A program made the position numbers and the translations under genes. The notes below the pieces were generated by a model. It was not told where the DNA came from and did not search any database. It saw only the letters and a list, made by a program, of their open reading frames with translations. From Octopus sinensis (taxonomy: Eukaryota), in contig NC_043001.1 in the NCBI RefSeq assembly GCF_006345805.1, positions 42,842,001 through 42,906,000 of the forward strand: DNA of 64,000 nucleotides, written 5' to 3'. Shown piece after piece: positions 13,280 to 26,008 of this stretch; within the stretch, counting starts at the first letter, position 1; each line of letters starts with the position of its first letter.

Positions 13280-14260
13280 TTTTATTACCAAAAATGATAG
13301 TTGTTTTCTGAACATTGCCTGCTTTGTTTCAGCAGATTTAAACCATTTCCAGCATAAATAATATCTTCCATATAACAGAACCTAATTCCAATACCAGCAA
13401 ATCATATCAAGAAATCATGATCTTCAGAACTGGCTTCTCATGCTGCTACCAACTCCAAAATTTAGGTTTCCTATTGCAGCTTTCGTGTATCAATTGTTTT
13501 CACAGACTCTCTATCCTGAAAAATGTTTGACAATTTCTCATGCTTTATTCTTATCAATCCTTCTGCCTTTTGACTGTACCTCCTGCCTCAGAATTTTTTG
13601 AACTGATTTCAACCCCGCAATATCTGAAAAACTATCACCAGTGAAGTAAATGATGCTTTTTGAGCATTGTTCAGCATTGTTCAGTCTGCAAGGTCTTCCA
13701 TTTATCAAATTGCAGCAGATCTTACTGGTCTTCACCAATGGGATCCCACCAACTTTACAGATTTTCATTTCCACCCTATTTCAACCAGCAGCAGTCCCAC
13801 AAAGTTTCCATGTTTTACAGCTCACTTTGCTTCCAACTTCACACTGCAAACACATACATACATACATGAGATGGTACTGCTCTGTTTCACATACTCATAA
13901 TCTTATACTGAATCTGAAATAAGGTCCTTCTATTGATTGTGAAGATTTAGTTACTAACATGCTACAACTACTGGCTCACAGACATGGTGCTTCTTTCCTC
14001 TTCTTCCCTTACTACTACTACAATCTCTTCTATTTATATGAACTTGCTATCTGTTTACTTTCACTACCTAAGCTCACTCATTCTGTCTCTTGTTACATTT
14101 AACGTGCCACAGATCTTGTACTAAATGCTTCATTCAATACTCTTTCCAGGACAATGATTCTACTGAATTTCTAACAGCCTTACATTTCCTATGGATACTG
14201 CCATTATAGGTGTTGAAACTGAACATCTTAAATACCAATTTTATCAGTCTTGGAGGACTT
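13280..14260 (+). mobile_element. Highly degenerate, internally deleted LINE (same group as 2255-3560)
   Basis: Endonuclease-like and C-terminal (LQLLAHR..., FPRT) remnants in broken frames. Confidence 0.45.
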
Positions 14261-14329
14261 GCAAAAGTTGTGGTCACTGATCATCTTCTTCTAGCTAAAT
14301 TATTAAAAGTGAGCCATCAAGGAAGTCTC

Positions 14330-14775
14330 TACATGATTGTTTGACCTACTAGAAATATCATTCATGAGAAATTCTTTAAATTTCCTAGACATTCTATGTA
14401 TGGTGTTTCTGTTCCTACTTGGTTAATGCAAGGACCTGACAAAGTGTTTGTTAAATAACATGTATGCAATAAGTATGATCCGTTAGTAGATGAAGCCCAA
14501 TTGGTACAAATTAACCCTAACCATGGATGTGAAAGTACTGTGTCCATTAGAGATTTAGTTCCTACTGGTAAAACGACCGAGGAGTATCAGTCAAGTAAGG
14601 ATCAAACTGATGTTGCTGACACTGATCCTATTCAAGTGCATGAACACCATGGTGGTTTTTCAGATACCATGATTGATTCTGTCCCACCTACACCAGCTTA
14701 AGAACCAGAACCTCAGACTACTTTGCACTGGCATTCATTCAGAACAAAAAAAGTTCCTGATAGGTTAAATTTATG
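14330..14775 (+). mobile_element. Ty3/Gypsy integrase C-terminal fragment, possibly followed by an LTR remnant
   Basis: SVPTWLMQGP...KYDPLVDEAQLVQINP...ESTVSIRDLVP...KKVPDRLNL, typical of the Gypsy integrase tail. Confidence 0.75.
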
Positions 14776-15004
14776 ATTGATGATGTGTAATGCTTATGAA
14801 TGCCTCATTATTACATTGTGATTGGCTCATGGTTATGTTTGTATTTTGCATTTTGTTGGCTAATTGTTCTTTTTTGTGTGTGTGTGGGGGGGTGTTGTGA
14901 TTTTCGTTTTGATCATGTGACTTTGATTGTCTCGATTGCTGTTATTTGCCTGCAGTTCAACTGTGCAGAGTATTGTTCTGTTTGCGGCACATGTTCAGTG
15001 TTAG

Positions 15005-15057
15005 TTTTTAACAACAACAACAACAGCAACAGCAGCAGCAATAACAACAACATCAAC

Positions 15058-15102
<45 letters not shown>

Positions 15103-15150
15103 TAATAATGATAATAATAATAATAATAATGATAATAATAATAATGTAGA
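15005..15150. repeat. (AAC)n/(AGC)n/(AAT)n microsatellite
   Basis: Direct reading. Confidence 0.95.
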
Positions 15151-15464
15151 AATAATATTTATGATACAGTTAAAACTCACAAATCACTGTAAATCCCAAA
15201 TCTCACAATTTGAAGATCATTCATGATATTCCCACACTTATAACATTGCCAAACTAGTATAATAAAGATTAAGATGTTTCTTCAGAGTCAGGAGATACTT
15301 CAGCCCTGTGCTCTTCAAAACTGAAACAACTGACATTAATAACAATAAAATTAATATTGTAACTGTAAAAACCTAAATGAAAAAATATGAAGATTTGTTG
15401 AATCACCTCTTTCAAAGAAATACAAGAGAGGTGATTTAGTAAATTTTCGCTCAATCATGATTGA

Positions 15465-16000
15465 AAACCATATGTTGAATGAAGTGAAATGTTTCTTATA
15501 TCTAAGAAGCATTATATCTGTAACTGGAAGTGTAGAGGAGGACATTGAAATGAGAACTGGAAGAGTAAATCATGTCCTTTAAAATCATAAAGCATATTTG
15601 GAAGGCAAAGGTTCTGTCCAAACTTATTAAACTGAGAATTTTCTTTAGTAGCATCAAATCTGTTCTGCTATATGATTCCAAAATATGGCAAATGAATGCA
15701 AATATCCCCTGAAAGCTCCAAACATTTGTGAACAGATGCCTAAGGAATATCTCAACCATTAAGATAGCCTGAAAGTGTGAACAACAAAAACCTTTGGACA
15801 AAATCAAGCAAAAATCTATTGGCTAACAAATAGCAAGATATAAGAGGAGAAGAGTAAGCCTTATATTAAAAAGACTAACGGGATATTTGGCAATTCCAGT
15901 TTTGGATTATAATCTCAAGGGTAAAAAGTATGCAGGACATCAATGTTCAAATACAGGAGAAATATCATGAAAAATAAATGGAAGCTTAACACATTGGAAG
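15465..16000 (+). mobile_element. Old RTE-clade LINE RT C-terminal fossil
   Basis: NEVKCFLYLRSII...KLRIFFSSIKSVLLY...KLQTFVNRCLRNI. Confidence 0.7.
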
Positions 16001-16184
16001 TTGCATTTCAAAAAAATATTTTCAATTACCTTTTCCAATATCTAATCTATAGGGAATTTCAAATTCTGCCAAGAGAGCATAAATAAGGCTTTGTGTTTTG
16101 AATGGCAATGAGAAATATAGAATGTTCAGACATCTTTATACAGTCAGAAGATAAATTAATCATAGCCTATATAATGTTTTTTCG

Positions 16185-17872
16185 TTCGTTTTTACTATAA
16201 TCCATATCTACTATGCAATTTACACCAGCAATGCTACAACGCCACCTTAAGAATAAACGCAACTATACCTCTCCTGGTCTCGATGGTGTTACATACCTAC
16301 TTCTCAAATGCAGTTGGTACTTTCTTCTAAGCCAACTTTCTCTATTCTTCCAATTCTGTCTTGACAATGGTGTTACTCCAGAACAGTGGAAAACTGCCAG
16401 TGTTATCCCTCTGTTCAAAAAAGGTGACTGCACATCGCCTGTCAACTATCGCCCCGTTAGTCTTACTAGCTGCATCGCCAAACTGATGGAATCCTGTATC
16501 AGAGAAACCCTCTGGAAATCTCACAGCCTCATCCAGCCGTCACAATTCGGATTTATTCCTAACTCCAGCTGCTGTAATCAACTCATCGAGTTTCTTGAGG
16601 ACATTACCCAAATCACTGATCGCGGATCCTGGGTGGATGTTGTTTACCTGGACTTTGCTAAGGCTTTTAACTCTGTGCCACACAAAAGACTTATGGTGAA
16701 GCTTTCTGCGTTGGGCGTAAGAGACGAACTCTATAACTGGTTGAAGTCCTTTATTTTTGGCTGAAAAGAGGTTGTCACAGTTCTAGGACAGCACTCTTCG
16801 CCCTATGAGATGACATCTGGTGTACCACAGGGATCTGTTCTTGGCCCCCTTTTATTTGTTGCATATGTTAATGACATAGATGCCAACTTAAAGAATGCCA
16901 CAGTGCTGAAATATGCAGATGACATCAAGCTGTACCTCGAAATAAAGAGGTCAGATCCTGTACACTATAGATCTATATTGCAAGCAGACCTGGACACAAT
17001 GCAGCAGTGGATCATGGACTGGCAACTCAAGCTGGCTGTGGACAAATGTACCACCATGCATTTTGGGAGGAGAAACCCAGCGTCCACCTACTCCCTCCAC
17101 AACACCAGTCTCAAAAAGTCTTCATGTGAACGTGACCTGGGTGTTATTGTCAACAGTGATTTGCGTTGGACAAAACATATCGCTAAAATTGTCAAGAAGG
17201 CTGAGGGTGTCTTGGCATCACTCACCAAATCCTTTGTGAGCCGCTCTCCGACTATCTATCTGCGGCTTTATATAGCTATGGTAAGACCTCACCTGGAATT
17301 TGCATCACTGGTCTGCAACCCCTATCTTGCCCAGGATATCAATCGTCTGGAAGCCGTTCAGTGACGTGCAACCAAAAGAATACCCTCCATCAGGCATTTG
17401 CCATATTCTGAACGCCTTACTTCCCTGGGCATGGACACATTGAAACTCCGACGTCTGGCAGCTGACTTGGCAGACATCCATAAAATTATCAACCATCGTA
17501 CAAACAATAACTCTGAGCACCTTTTCAAACTCCACCCATCTAACACCTGTGGACATATTTACAAAGTCAGAAAACAGCACAGCTCCCATGACTTCAGGAA
17601 ATATTTTTTCATGCTGAGAGTTGCTGAAGCATGGAACAAACTGCCGGCATCAGTTGTTAGTTGTCGGAGCACTGCATCCTTCAAAACTTCCATACTTTCT
17701 GAGATTCGCCAACACTACACCTGATTTTCTCCCCTCCATACACACACAAGCATGTATGTGACTTATGCATTGTTCGCTTTCCAGACATTTGTACATTACT
17801 GCATATACTCTGACAAGTTGTGGTGCACCTGAGCACTGTGTACAATAATTTCATCATTATTATTATTATACA
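16185..17872 (+). mobile_element. 5'-truncated CR1-type LINE (RT domain, 3' UTR, (ATT)n tail)
   Basis: ORFs 16213-16764, 16810-17364 and 17398-17724 share one frame. Motifs YRPVSLTS, QFGF, YLDFAKAF, GVPQGSVLGP, YADD. Confidence 0.95.
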
Positions 17873-17929
17873 AATTTGTATTATAATACAAATTTCAATA
17901 TAATACAAATTTGTGAAAGAATATCTCTT

Positions 17930-18300
17930 ATCTTTTACTTCTTTCAGTCATTGGATTGTGGCCGTGCTGGGGTATTGCCTTGAAGGGTTTAGTGGAACAA
18001 ATTGCTTCCAGTACTTATCTTTAAAGTTTGGTATTTATTCTATCAGTCTCATTTGCTGAACTACTAAATAACAAGATGTAAATACACCAAAACTGGTTGT
18101 CAAGGCACACACGCATACTCTCTCTCTCTCTCTCACACACACAACAGGTTTCTTTCAGTTTCTGTCTACCAAATCCATTTGCAAGGCATTGGTCAGCCCA
18201 GGGCTACAGTAGAAGACACTTGCTCAAGTTTTCCATGCAAGGGACAGAACCCAAGACCACATGATTGGGAAGCAAGCCTCTTATCACAGTCAAGCTTGTA
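17930..18300 (-). mobile_element. tRNA-derived SINE (family A)
   Basis: Similar to 54497-54895. Confidence 0.75.
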
Positions 18301-18799
18301 CTTAATATGTAGAGAAGTTAAAATACTGAGCTGGCAGAATTGTTACCACACAAGGCAAAATGTTTATTGACAGTTCATCCATCTTTACATTCTCAGGTCA
18401 AATTCCACTGAGGTAGACTTTGCTTTCCATCCTTTTGGGGTTGATAAAATAAATAACAGTAGAGCACTAAGGTCACTGTAATTGACGTACTTGCACCCGC
18501 AAAATTGTTGGCCCTGTGCTAAAATTTAGAACCAATATGTGGAAAACTGTTGGGAAATTATGGATGAGGTCATAGAATTAATATAATTTTAGTATTTTCC
18601 TTTCTCTAAGTCCATAAAAATCCTCTCATGGAAAAATAATAATTTTCTTGTATTATTCCATTCCATTTTGATTTTGACTATCTTTCCAAAATACAGATTG
18701 TAATTTCTTTGATATTGAATATAAAATATGTTTGCTTGTGTGCATATGAATTTTGAACCCATGTGTTTATGCACATGTGAGTGTGTGTGCATGAATGCA

Positions 18800-18815
18800 T
18801 GTGTGTGTATGTATA

Positions 18816-18856
<41 letters not shown>

Positions 18857-18912
18857 TGTGTGTGTGTGTGGTGTGTGTGTGTGTGTGTGTGTGGTGTGTG
18901 TGTGTGTGTGTG
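18800..18912. repeat. (TG)n microsatellite; a (GAA)n lies nearby at 19030-19070
   Basis: Direct reading. Confidence 0.95.
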
Positions 18913-19041
18913 AACAGTGTTCCAAAGAATAGTAAAGATTCTAGTGTTGTTTGAAGATTCCACTGCAATTTGTAATGTTCCCCTAAATGTAAGATGATGC
19001 TCATGGCAAGAGCACTGATAATGGTGGCAAAGAAGAAGAAG

Positions 19042-19072
<31 letters not shown>

Positions 19073-19110
19073 TATATTGGTAAAATATTTTCATTTAAGC
19101 AAAAACTTAC

Positions 19111-19271
19111 TTATATAAATTGATATCTGATCCACATAGTGATACAACTTCAACTTTTATGAGTGCTTCGTCCCCAACAGGTTCTGGTAAATCTAAAGTT
19201 TTAAGTTCAAATGATTCTTTCTCAGATGTTTTCATGAGAGCTTCCATTTTGCGAGGAAGAGGGTCAGCCAT
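19111..19271 (-). CDS. TDH: Zn-dependent (MDR) L-threonine 3-dehydrogenase, coding exon 1 (MADPLPRKMEALMK...SLCGSDINLY-K)
   Basis: Manual translation from the ATG at 19271-19269. Contains the catalytic-Zn motif CGSD and a GTAAGT donor. Phase 2 joins exon 2 to give LYK/WNE, matching TDH 'HIYNWD'. Confidence 0.9.
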
Positions 19272-19810
19272 AATTTTTTTTAATGATAAATGTTACTAAA
19301 TAATGTTGAAACAGAAAACGTGTATAATCTCTTACAGAACTCTTCTTTTATGGATTAATGTAAATACAAGAGAGTAAATGTTTGAAATGACCTTTGAAAC
19401 ATTATTATTCATGTTTACTTATATATCTCTTGATTGATGCAAATATGTTCATTTTCTTTTAAGGTAAGTCATTTATACAGTATAATGTAACCGTGATAAG
19501 ACTGAGATATGTAAATCGATGAACAAATGAGAAAAATATATTTCATTATCAAGAAAGTTACAAGTACTTAAGGCAGAGGTCAACAGTTTTAACAAAGTTG
19601 AAGGTTAAAGTTCTAGTTGAAAGTAGTGAAGAGTAAATGATGAATAGTTAAAACAAGAAACGCTGTAGAACAATAAAAAAAACCAAGTGATTACTGATGA
19701 AATGACTGAGAAGATGAAAAATTAAGCAGTTATGTTACTAGGTAGATCTCTCCAATGCTAGATGGAAAACAAATTTTATTAAATAAATATGGTAATGCTG
19801 CTATGACTGA

Positions 19811-19849
<39 letters not shown>

Positions 19850-20179
19850 TGATGGTGATGGTGATGATGATGATGATGATGATGATGATGACAAAGTCAA
19901 TAACAACGACTGTGATGACAAAAAGGTAGTGACGGTGACAGGAGATTAGGACTGATAATTAGGACAAATAAAAGTAGAAGTAGAACAACATCAACAACAA
20001 TTGAAATAAAAATAATAATAATAGTTTCTTTTATTTGCCACCAGGGTGAAGGATGAGGTGGACATTACAAAGACATAAAGTGTTGGGGTTTACATATAAT
20101 GGAATGATAAAAAAAAGAAAAGTAATCATGGTATACAATAAAAGAAGGGAAGTATACACAGTATACAACAGTAAGACAG

Positions 20180-20390
20180 AGGGGAAAAGAAAAGAAGTCT
20201 TCTATAGGCACAAGGACTGAAATTTGGGGGAGAGGACTAGTCAACCGCAGTGTTTAGCTGGTACTTATTTTATTGATTCCAAAAAGATGACAGGCAAAGG
20301 GACCTCAGTGGAGTCTGAATTAAGAGCGTAAAGAAACAGATGAAATGTTGCTAAGCATTTTGTCTCATATACAAACTATTCTGCCAGCTT
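20180..20390 (-). mobile_element. tRNA-derived SINE (family B), degenerate
   Basis: Similar to 57191-57420. Other family B relics lie at 18370-18530 (+), 29020-29180 (-) and 30090-30370 (+). Confidence 0.65.
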
Positions 20391-20789
20391 ACCCCAATAA
20401 TAATAATGATGATGACAATAATAATATCAATAATATTTTTTTATTAACTACAGGGGCTGACAAAAGAGCTGAGGATGGTACAAAATGATATAGTGGAAAA
20501 TACACAACATAGCTAAAACCATTCCATTTCCCAACAACTGTTAGATCCCAGAGTTTCTGAAGTCTTTCATGATGATCACACACATTTCTTATTACCCACA
20601 AACTCTATCTCCTAATATGTTACCTTTAAATTATATTCCTTCCTTCTAAAGTCTGATGATATGCTTTGTTCTTATCAATCATTTTCAGTTGCCTTTCCAC
20701 TCGACAAAGGTCATGAATCTGATAAATAAACCTTCTTTCACCAGCACTTTACGACCACTTGCCTTACTATCTCACTAACTTATAGCCAC

Positions 20790-21130
20790 ATTTTATCTTT
20801 TACTTGTTTCGATCATTAGACTGTGGTCATGCTGGAGCACCACCTTGAAGAATTTTAGTTAAATGAATTTACCCTAGTACTAATTGTTTTTTTAAACCCG
20901 ATACTTATTCTATGAGTTTCTTTTGCTGAGCTACTATGTTACTGGTCTGTAAAGAAACCAACATGGGTTTTCAAGCAATGGAGGTGGGGAAACACACACA
21001 CACACACGCGCGTATGCACAAGATTCTTTTCAGTTTCCATCTACCAAATCCACTCACAAGGCTTTGGTCAGCCTGAAGCTATTGTAGAAGTCACTGACTC
21101 AATGTGCCATACAGTGGAACTGAACTCAAA
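20790..21130 (-). mobile_element. tRNA-derived SINE (family A)
   Basis: Similar to 54497-54895. Confidence 0.75.
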
Positions 21131-21279
21131 ACAGTGCAGCAACAAAAGCAATGGTGATAGTTCCTACATTGGGTCCAGTAGCAACAGCAGCAGAGTTAAC
21201 AAAAGCAACAACAATGGCTGTAACACAGACAGTGCACAGACATGGTAATATGTTGGTTCTACAGGCAGCCTTCTTAAGC

Positions 21280-21500
21280 AGTGCTTGAGCAACCACAGGT
21301 CTTCCTTTTGCATACTGGTCAGCCACAACATATCATCCCTGATCAGCCACTTATGGCATTTAAAGGAGAAGGGCATGCCATATATAATTAAATGGAGGTT
21401 TCTCGAACAACTGAAGATCACATATCAACAGGAGCAAAAGAATCCTGAAAAACTTGCTTGACCCTGGGGCCTTATTGAACTCCAAAAAAGGAGTGTTTAG
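21280..21500 (+). mobile_element. Penelope-like element GIY-YIG endonuclease fragment
   Basis: SLISHLWHLKEKGMPYIIKWRFLEQ resembles the PLE motif 'LSKYIWxLK...IKW'. Confidence 0.55.
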
Positions 21501-21916
21501 TCAGTGTCCTCGTCAGAGACGTCTCCTGTTGCAAGCTTGAAATTTCCCATTCACCAAATAGGAACATGCCATCAACATTACAAATCTCACAAGTTGGAAC
21601 CGATGTAAGGGAGAAAACCCTGTGCCACCTGCAGGGATATATTTTTTGTTTATAAAACTGACTATGGCGTTTCCTCCTGCCAATTGCAGAGAGATTATGT
21701 GCCTCCAACCATTTGAGTCTCATGAATCACATATACAGCTAAGCACTTTATAGGTGTGAAACCAATGGTCACTCTGACCAGCCATAACAATCAACCATCT
21801 AAATATATTACTGCTCTAATGTTTTAGATGTGTTTCTTTTTCAGATATATGAACTACTGATCATATACAAACGCACACACGTGTGTGTGTGGTGTGTGTG
21901 TGTGTGCGCGTGTGTG

Positions 21917-21950
<34 letters not shown>

Positions 21951-21954
21951 AATG

Positions 21955-23165
21955 TTGTGTGCTGGAGAGGAGATTGTGTTGGCTTGGACATGTCATGCAT
22001 ATGAGTCAAGACAGCTGTATACAAAAGTGCATGTCACTGAAAGTTGATAGTACCTGTGGAAGAGGGAGACCCAGGAAGACATGGGATGAAGTGGTGAGGA
22101 CTGATCTTAGGATGTTGGGGTTCATGGAGGAAACGACAGTAGATTGAGATGTTTGGTGATATGAGGTCCTAGGGGAAACCCATCCACAAAACTGAGTGCT
22201 AGAATAGATGTATCCCACACACTTTTCACCCACTCTACCCTCAGGAATCAAATTACAACTCCTCTTCTAATTACATCTCTTCCTCACATTTCCTCCTCAT
22301 ACATCATGATTGTTTTTCAATCCCCTTTCTTTCCCTCACTGCCATATTCACTGTATCACTGCTACCCACATGCCCTGCCACTCACACCCACTCCCTATTT
22401 TTCTAACCAGGTTCTAAACACATATTCTTGTTACTTATGAGTATACCCTAGTACTACATCATCTCTCTTCTGCTCTCTCTTACACTTTTGCTATTTCCTA
22501 CTCTCTCTCTCTTTTTCTCCTTGCTCACACACACTCTCTTTCTCTCACCTTCTCTTGTTTTCCTCTGACCAGGTAACCAAGTATCACTTTTACATCAGCA
22601 CACTTGTTTCTGGCCTCTTTCTGTACTTCTCGCTCTCTCTCACTGGGTAACCATGTACCTCCTCTATAGAAAGACACCTATTTTTGCCTCTCAGTTTCTC
22701 TGTTACACTCAAACCTTTCATCATTCGATACTGGATCACCTCCTCTAATATCTACCCCTGCTTCTAATATCTGTACCTGCTACAGTCTCTCTGTCACACT
22801 CTAACTGACATAAATACCCTGCCCCTCTCATAATTCTTTGTCTTGTGAGTTACTTGGTTACCCTGTCAGTGTTGGTGCCATGTTAAAAGCATCCAGTCCA
22901 CACTGTAGTGTGGTTGGCATCTGGAAGGGTATCCAGCTGTAAAAATCTTGCCAAAACTAATTTTGCCTGTGCTAGTGCCTCATAGAAAGCACTGAGTCCA
23001 CTCTGTAGAGTGGTTGGTGTTAGGAAGGCCATCCTTCCATAAAGTCCCTGCCAAAACAGACACAGTAGCCATGGGTAGATTTTCTACCTGGCTAGCTCCT
23101 GTCAACTGTCCTACCCATGCATGCTTGGAAGATGGGCGTCAAACAATGATGATGATGAAACCAGA
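21955..23165 (+). mobile_element. 5'-truncated RTE copy (older subfamily): ORF2 end, CT-rich 3' UTR, terminal module, (GAT)n
   Basis: RRLCWLGHVM...GRGRPRKTWDEVV, two GGAAGGG(Y)ATCC modules, ATGATGATG tail. Confidence 0.75.
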
Positions 23166-24699
23166 TGATGATATGAATGTGACAGACAACTCCTTTTTCT
23201 TTAGACCTCTTCATCATTGTAAAATTAATCTTATTAAATTTGGACTTTAGTCATTATTGTTAACTACTGTTAATATATTTGCTGTCACTGAACTTTATTT
23301 TATATATTAGTTGCAAATCGTTTAAAGGCAAGAGAGGGGCTCTGCTTGCTAGAATATGACTCAAGACAGCTGTATACAGAATTGCATGTGACTGAACGTG
23401 GATGGTACCTGTGGAAGAGGGAGACCCAGGAAGACATGTAGAGGCTGTCAGATATTTGTTGGTCTAAAACATGTGATCAATCAACAGGAAGTATTAAAAG
23501 ATAGATTTAATTTCATAGTATGAAGAACTCTTTCCAATATAGGCTGGTATTCTTCGCAGTGTAGCTGCAGAGAGCTAGAGCTGATGAACACAGAATCTGA
23601 GCACTTGCTGACCATCATGTATTTGTGAACTTATTTATAGAATTATGAACACTGACTTTTGCCTTTGACTTTTGGTCATAGGTCTAGAAATTGCAAGTGA
23701 TCAATGGTAACACCTAAGTACAATAGATAGACAAAGTACTCAAGAAGTGTTCCAGATCTAGCTGTCTGGAGTTGGAGCTTTGCTTCACAGTTTCCTAGTT
23801 GAAAGAAGTACACTTATATTTTAAATGAATTAGCACAGAAATGATTTTCTTCACCCTATTGTGCTTGCTGATAGAGGAAAATTGTCAGCCTTTCTTCCAT
23901 CATCACCATCGTTTAACATTCGTCTTCCATGCTGGCATGGGTTGGATGGTTTGACAGGAGCTGGCCAGGCAAGAAGACTGCACCAGACTTCTGTGTCTGT
24001 TTTGGTTGGATGCCCTTTCTAACACCAACCACCCAGAAGAGTGGACTGAGTGTGTTTATAGCGGCTGTTGTTGGCTGTTCAAGTGCATGTTTTTAAATGG
24101 TAAAACAGTTAGTATGAATCACCATAAGATATTGTTTATTCTGTGTTCACCTTTTGAGGTGGAAGCATGTAGTATGATGCAAAAACATGTGTGTTTACAT
24201 ACAAGGAAAGTTTTGATTTTTTGCTTTTGCACTGATAGAAGTAACATAATATTTGTATTACAGTATGTATGCATGTGAGTAATGGGAACAGTCATTTTGA
24301 GAATGTGTGTGTGATAAAATATCTTCATTTACAACCCATATATCTTGTGTCAAGGGGAATAGATATGTGAGTCGTACATGGGAGATTGTACATGGAACTG
24401 TAGAGAAGACATGTGTCTTTGACCAAAGCCTGGCAGGAACTGCTAGTTTCTACAGTGTAGCTCAGAACGAGGCTACTGTATCAAAGTGAGGCTGGTGTAT
24501 CAAAGCGAAGATAGACACCTCATTGATATATTTGTCTGCTGTGCAGGTCTACTAACATATTAGGTAATATATAGCAGGAAAGGTGTAGCAAAAGATGTCA
24601 TTAAGGTAGCAGATGAAATAGGCATGTGGATGACATCAAAGTAAAATAATGGGAAAGCATCGGATTGTGGTTTAAATAATTTATTTAATCGCCATTTGC

Positions 24700-25911
24700 A
24701 TTTGCTTGTTGTATGCACCAAAAACTTCACATGACATTATCAACTTGCTTCGAGTTGGCGAAGAAGAAAATAAAGAGGGGAAATACTGTGTTGATGTGAT
24801 GAGGTAGAGCCGGGCATGTTTTGTGTCTGTGTGTGTGTTAGTCATTCAGTGGTGTCTGTCATTCAGTGGTGTCTGCTTATGTTCTCCGACTGCTACTGTA
24901 TTGGGTCATTCATGCTGAATATGTGGTTCTATGTTGGCTGCTTGACTGGCGCAAGCTACTAGCTGGCTGTCTGCCTGTCTCTTGAGAGTTCGTCTAGTGA
25001 TGGCTATCTGCAGTCCCTTAACAGATTGCTGTATTTATAATGGTCATGACAGCTAGAAGGATAGACATACCACAGGAGTAATACTACTTATGTAGGTCGC
25101 CTCCTGTCCACTTGAACCTTAAATGACAAAGCTCAGGATGTAGGGAAGTCCATCCATCACTTCTTGACAGCACAAAGAAATATCTTTTCCGCTTGTTTGG
25201 TTAGTGGTGGATCAGATGGGCGAGAATCCTTAGATTCGGTTTCGAATATCAGCTCGGAAAAAGGAAGTGTAAAATTTTACAAATATGTAGCCCTGCTACA
25301 CTTTTTAAGTGGCACGAACTCAGAAAAATTTATAACGTGTGTTGCAGTACTCTGATTATCAGCATACACAAATGAGCGCATGTCATCACTTCATGGTTGG
25401 TCATTGGTGGAGATGTTGAAAAGCAAGGGAGCAAGCACACTCCCTTGAAACAAAACAAGGTTTCATCTTACACTGTTTACGTCCCAACTCAGCAAAGAAA
25501 TCCTTTCTCCAACAATGTATTTTCAATCAATTCTGCAAACCTTCTATAATCTCCATAATCTTGCTGATCGAATATCTATGGTTGATTGTGTCGTATGCTG
25601 CAAAGAGGATAACAAGGTCTTCTGTTATTAATCCCTTCTCAAAAACATTTTCGATGTAGGAGAAAGTAGTAAGAACTAGTAGAGAAAATGATGAAAAAGT
25701 TGAAAGAATTTTAGCTTACATCAACAAGAATTGGTTTGGAATAAAAAATAAGGTGTTTAATTTGAGTCGTGATATGAGGTAAATACTAATGTTTCGGGCA
25801 TCGACTCTACTATCAACTCTAACTTTAAACATTAATAGCTGCGTTTTGTTGAGTAAGGGGAAGTCACTCTTAAACCACTAAAGTCACGTAATTCACATAT
25901 GGTAATCCAAT
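24700..25911. promoter_or_regulatory. Putative promoter region, possibly bidirectional (SELENOS + / TDH -)
   Basis: CpG-retaining, largely repeat-free stretch directly upstream of the SELENOS ATG. The TDH ATG exon has a splice acceptor 24 nt upstream, implying a non-coding first exon further right. Inference only. Confidence 0.4.
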
Positions 25912-26008
25912 ATGGAAGAAGCGGACGTGGAAAACGTTATCGCAGAAGAAGAACAGGAAAATATTGTCAATAAGGACCCAACTTTTCTTTTGAGTTTTTT
26001 CGAAACAG
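25912..26008 (+). CDS. SELENOS: Selenoprotein S (SELENOS/VIMP) coding exon 1 (MEEADVENVIAEEEQENIVNKDPTFLLSFFET)
   Basis: ATG at 25912, GTTAGT donor at 26009, phase 1. Acidic N-terminus with an 'N.DP' motif; splices in frame to exon 2. Confidence 0.75.

Noticed and set aside
16762-17364. In-frame TGA codons as selenocysteine recoding, given the nearby selenoprotein gene
   Set aside because: They are in a LINE RT at non-Cys positions and are explained by CpG decay. No SECIS is evident.
1602-19271. Bacterial contamination or recent HGT as the source of TDH; alternative call as sorbitol dehydrogenase
   Set aside because: The gene has five spliceosomal introns filled with host TEs and host-like AT-rich codons. 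Diagnostic motifs fit Tdh better than SORD.
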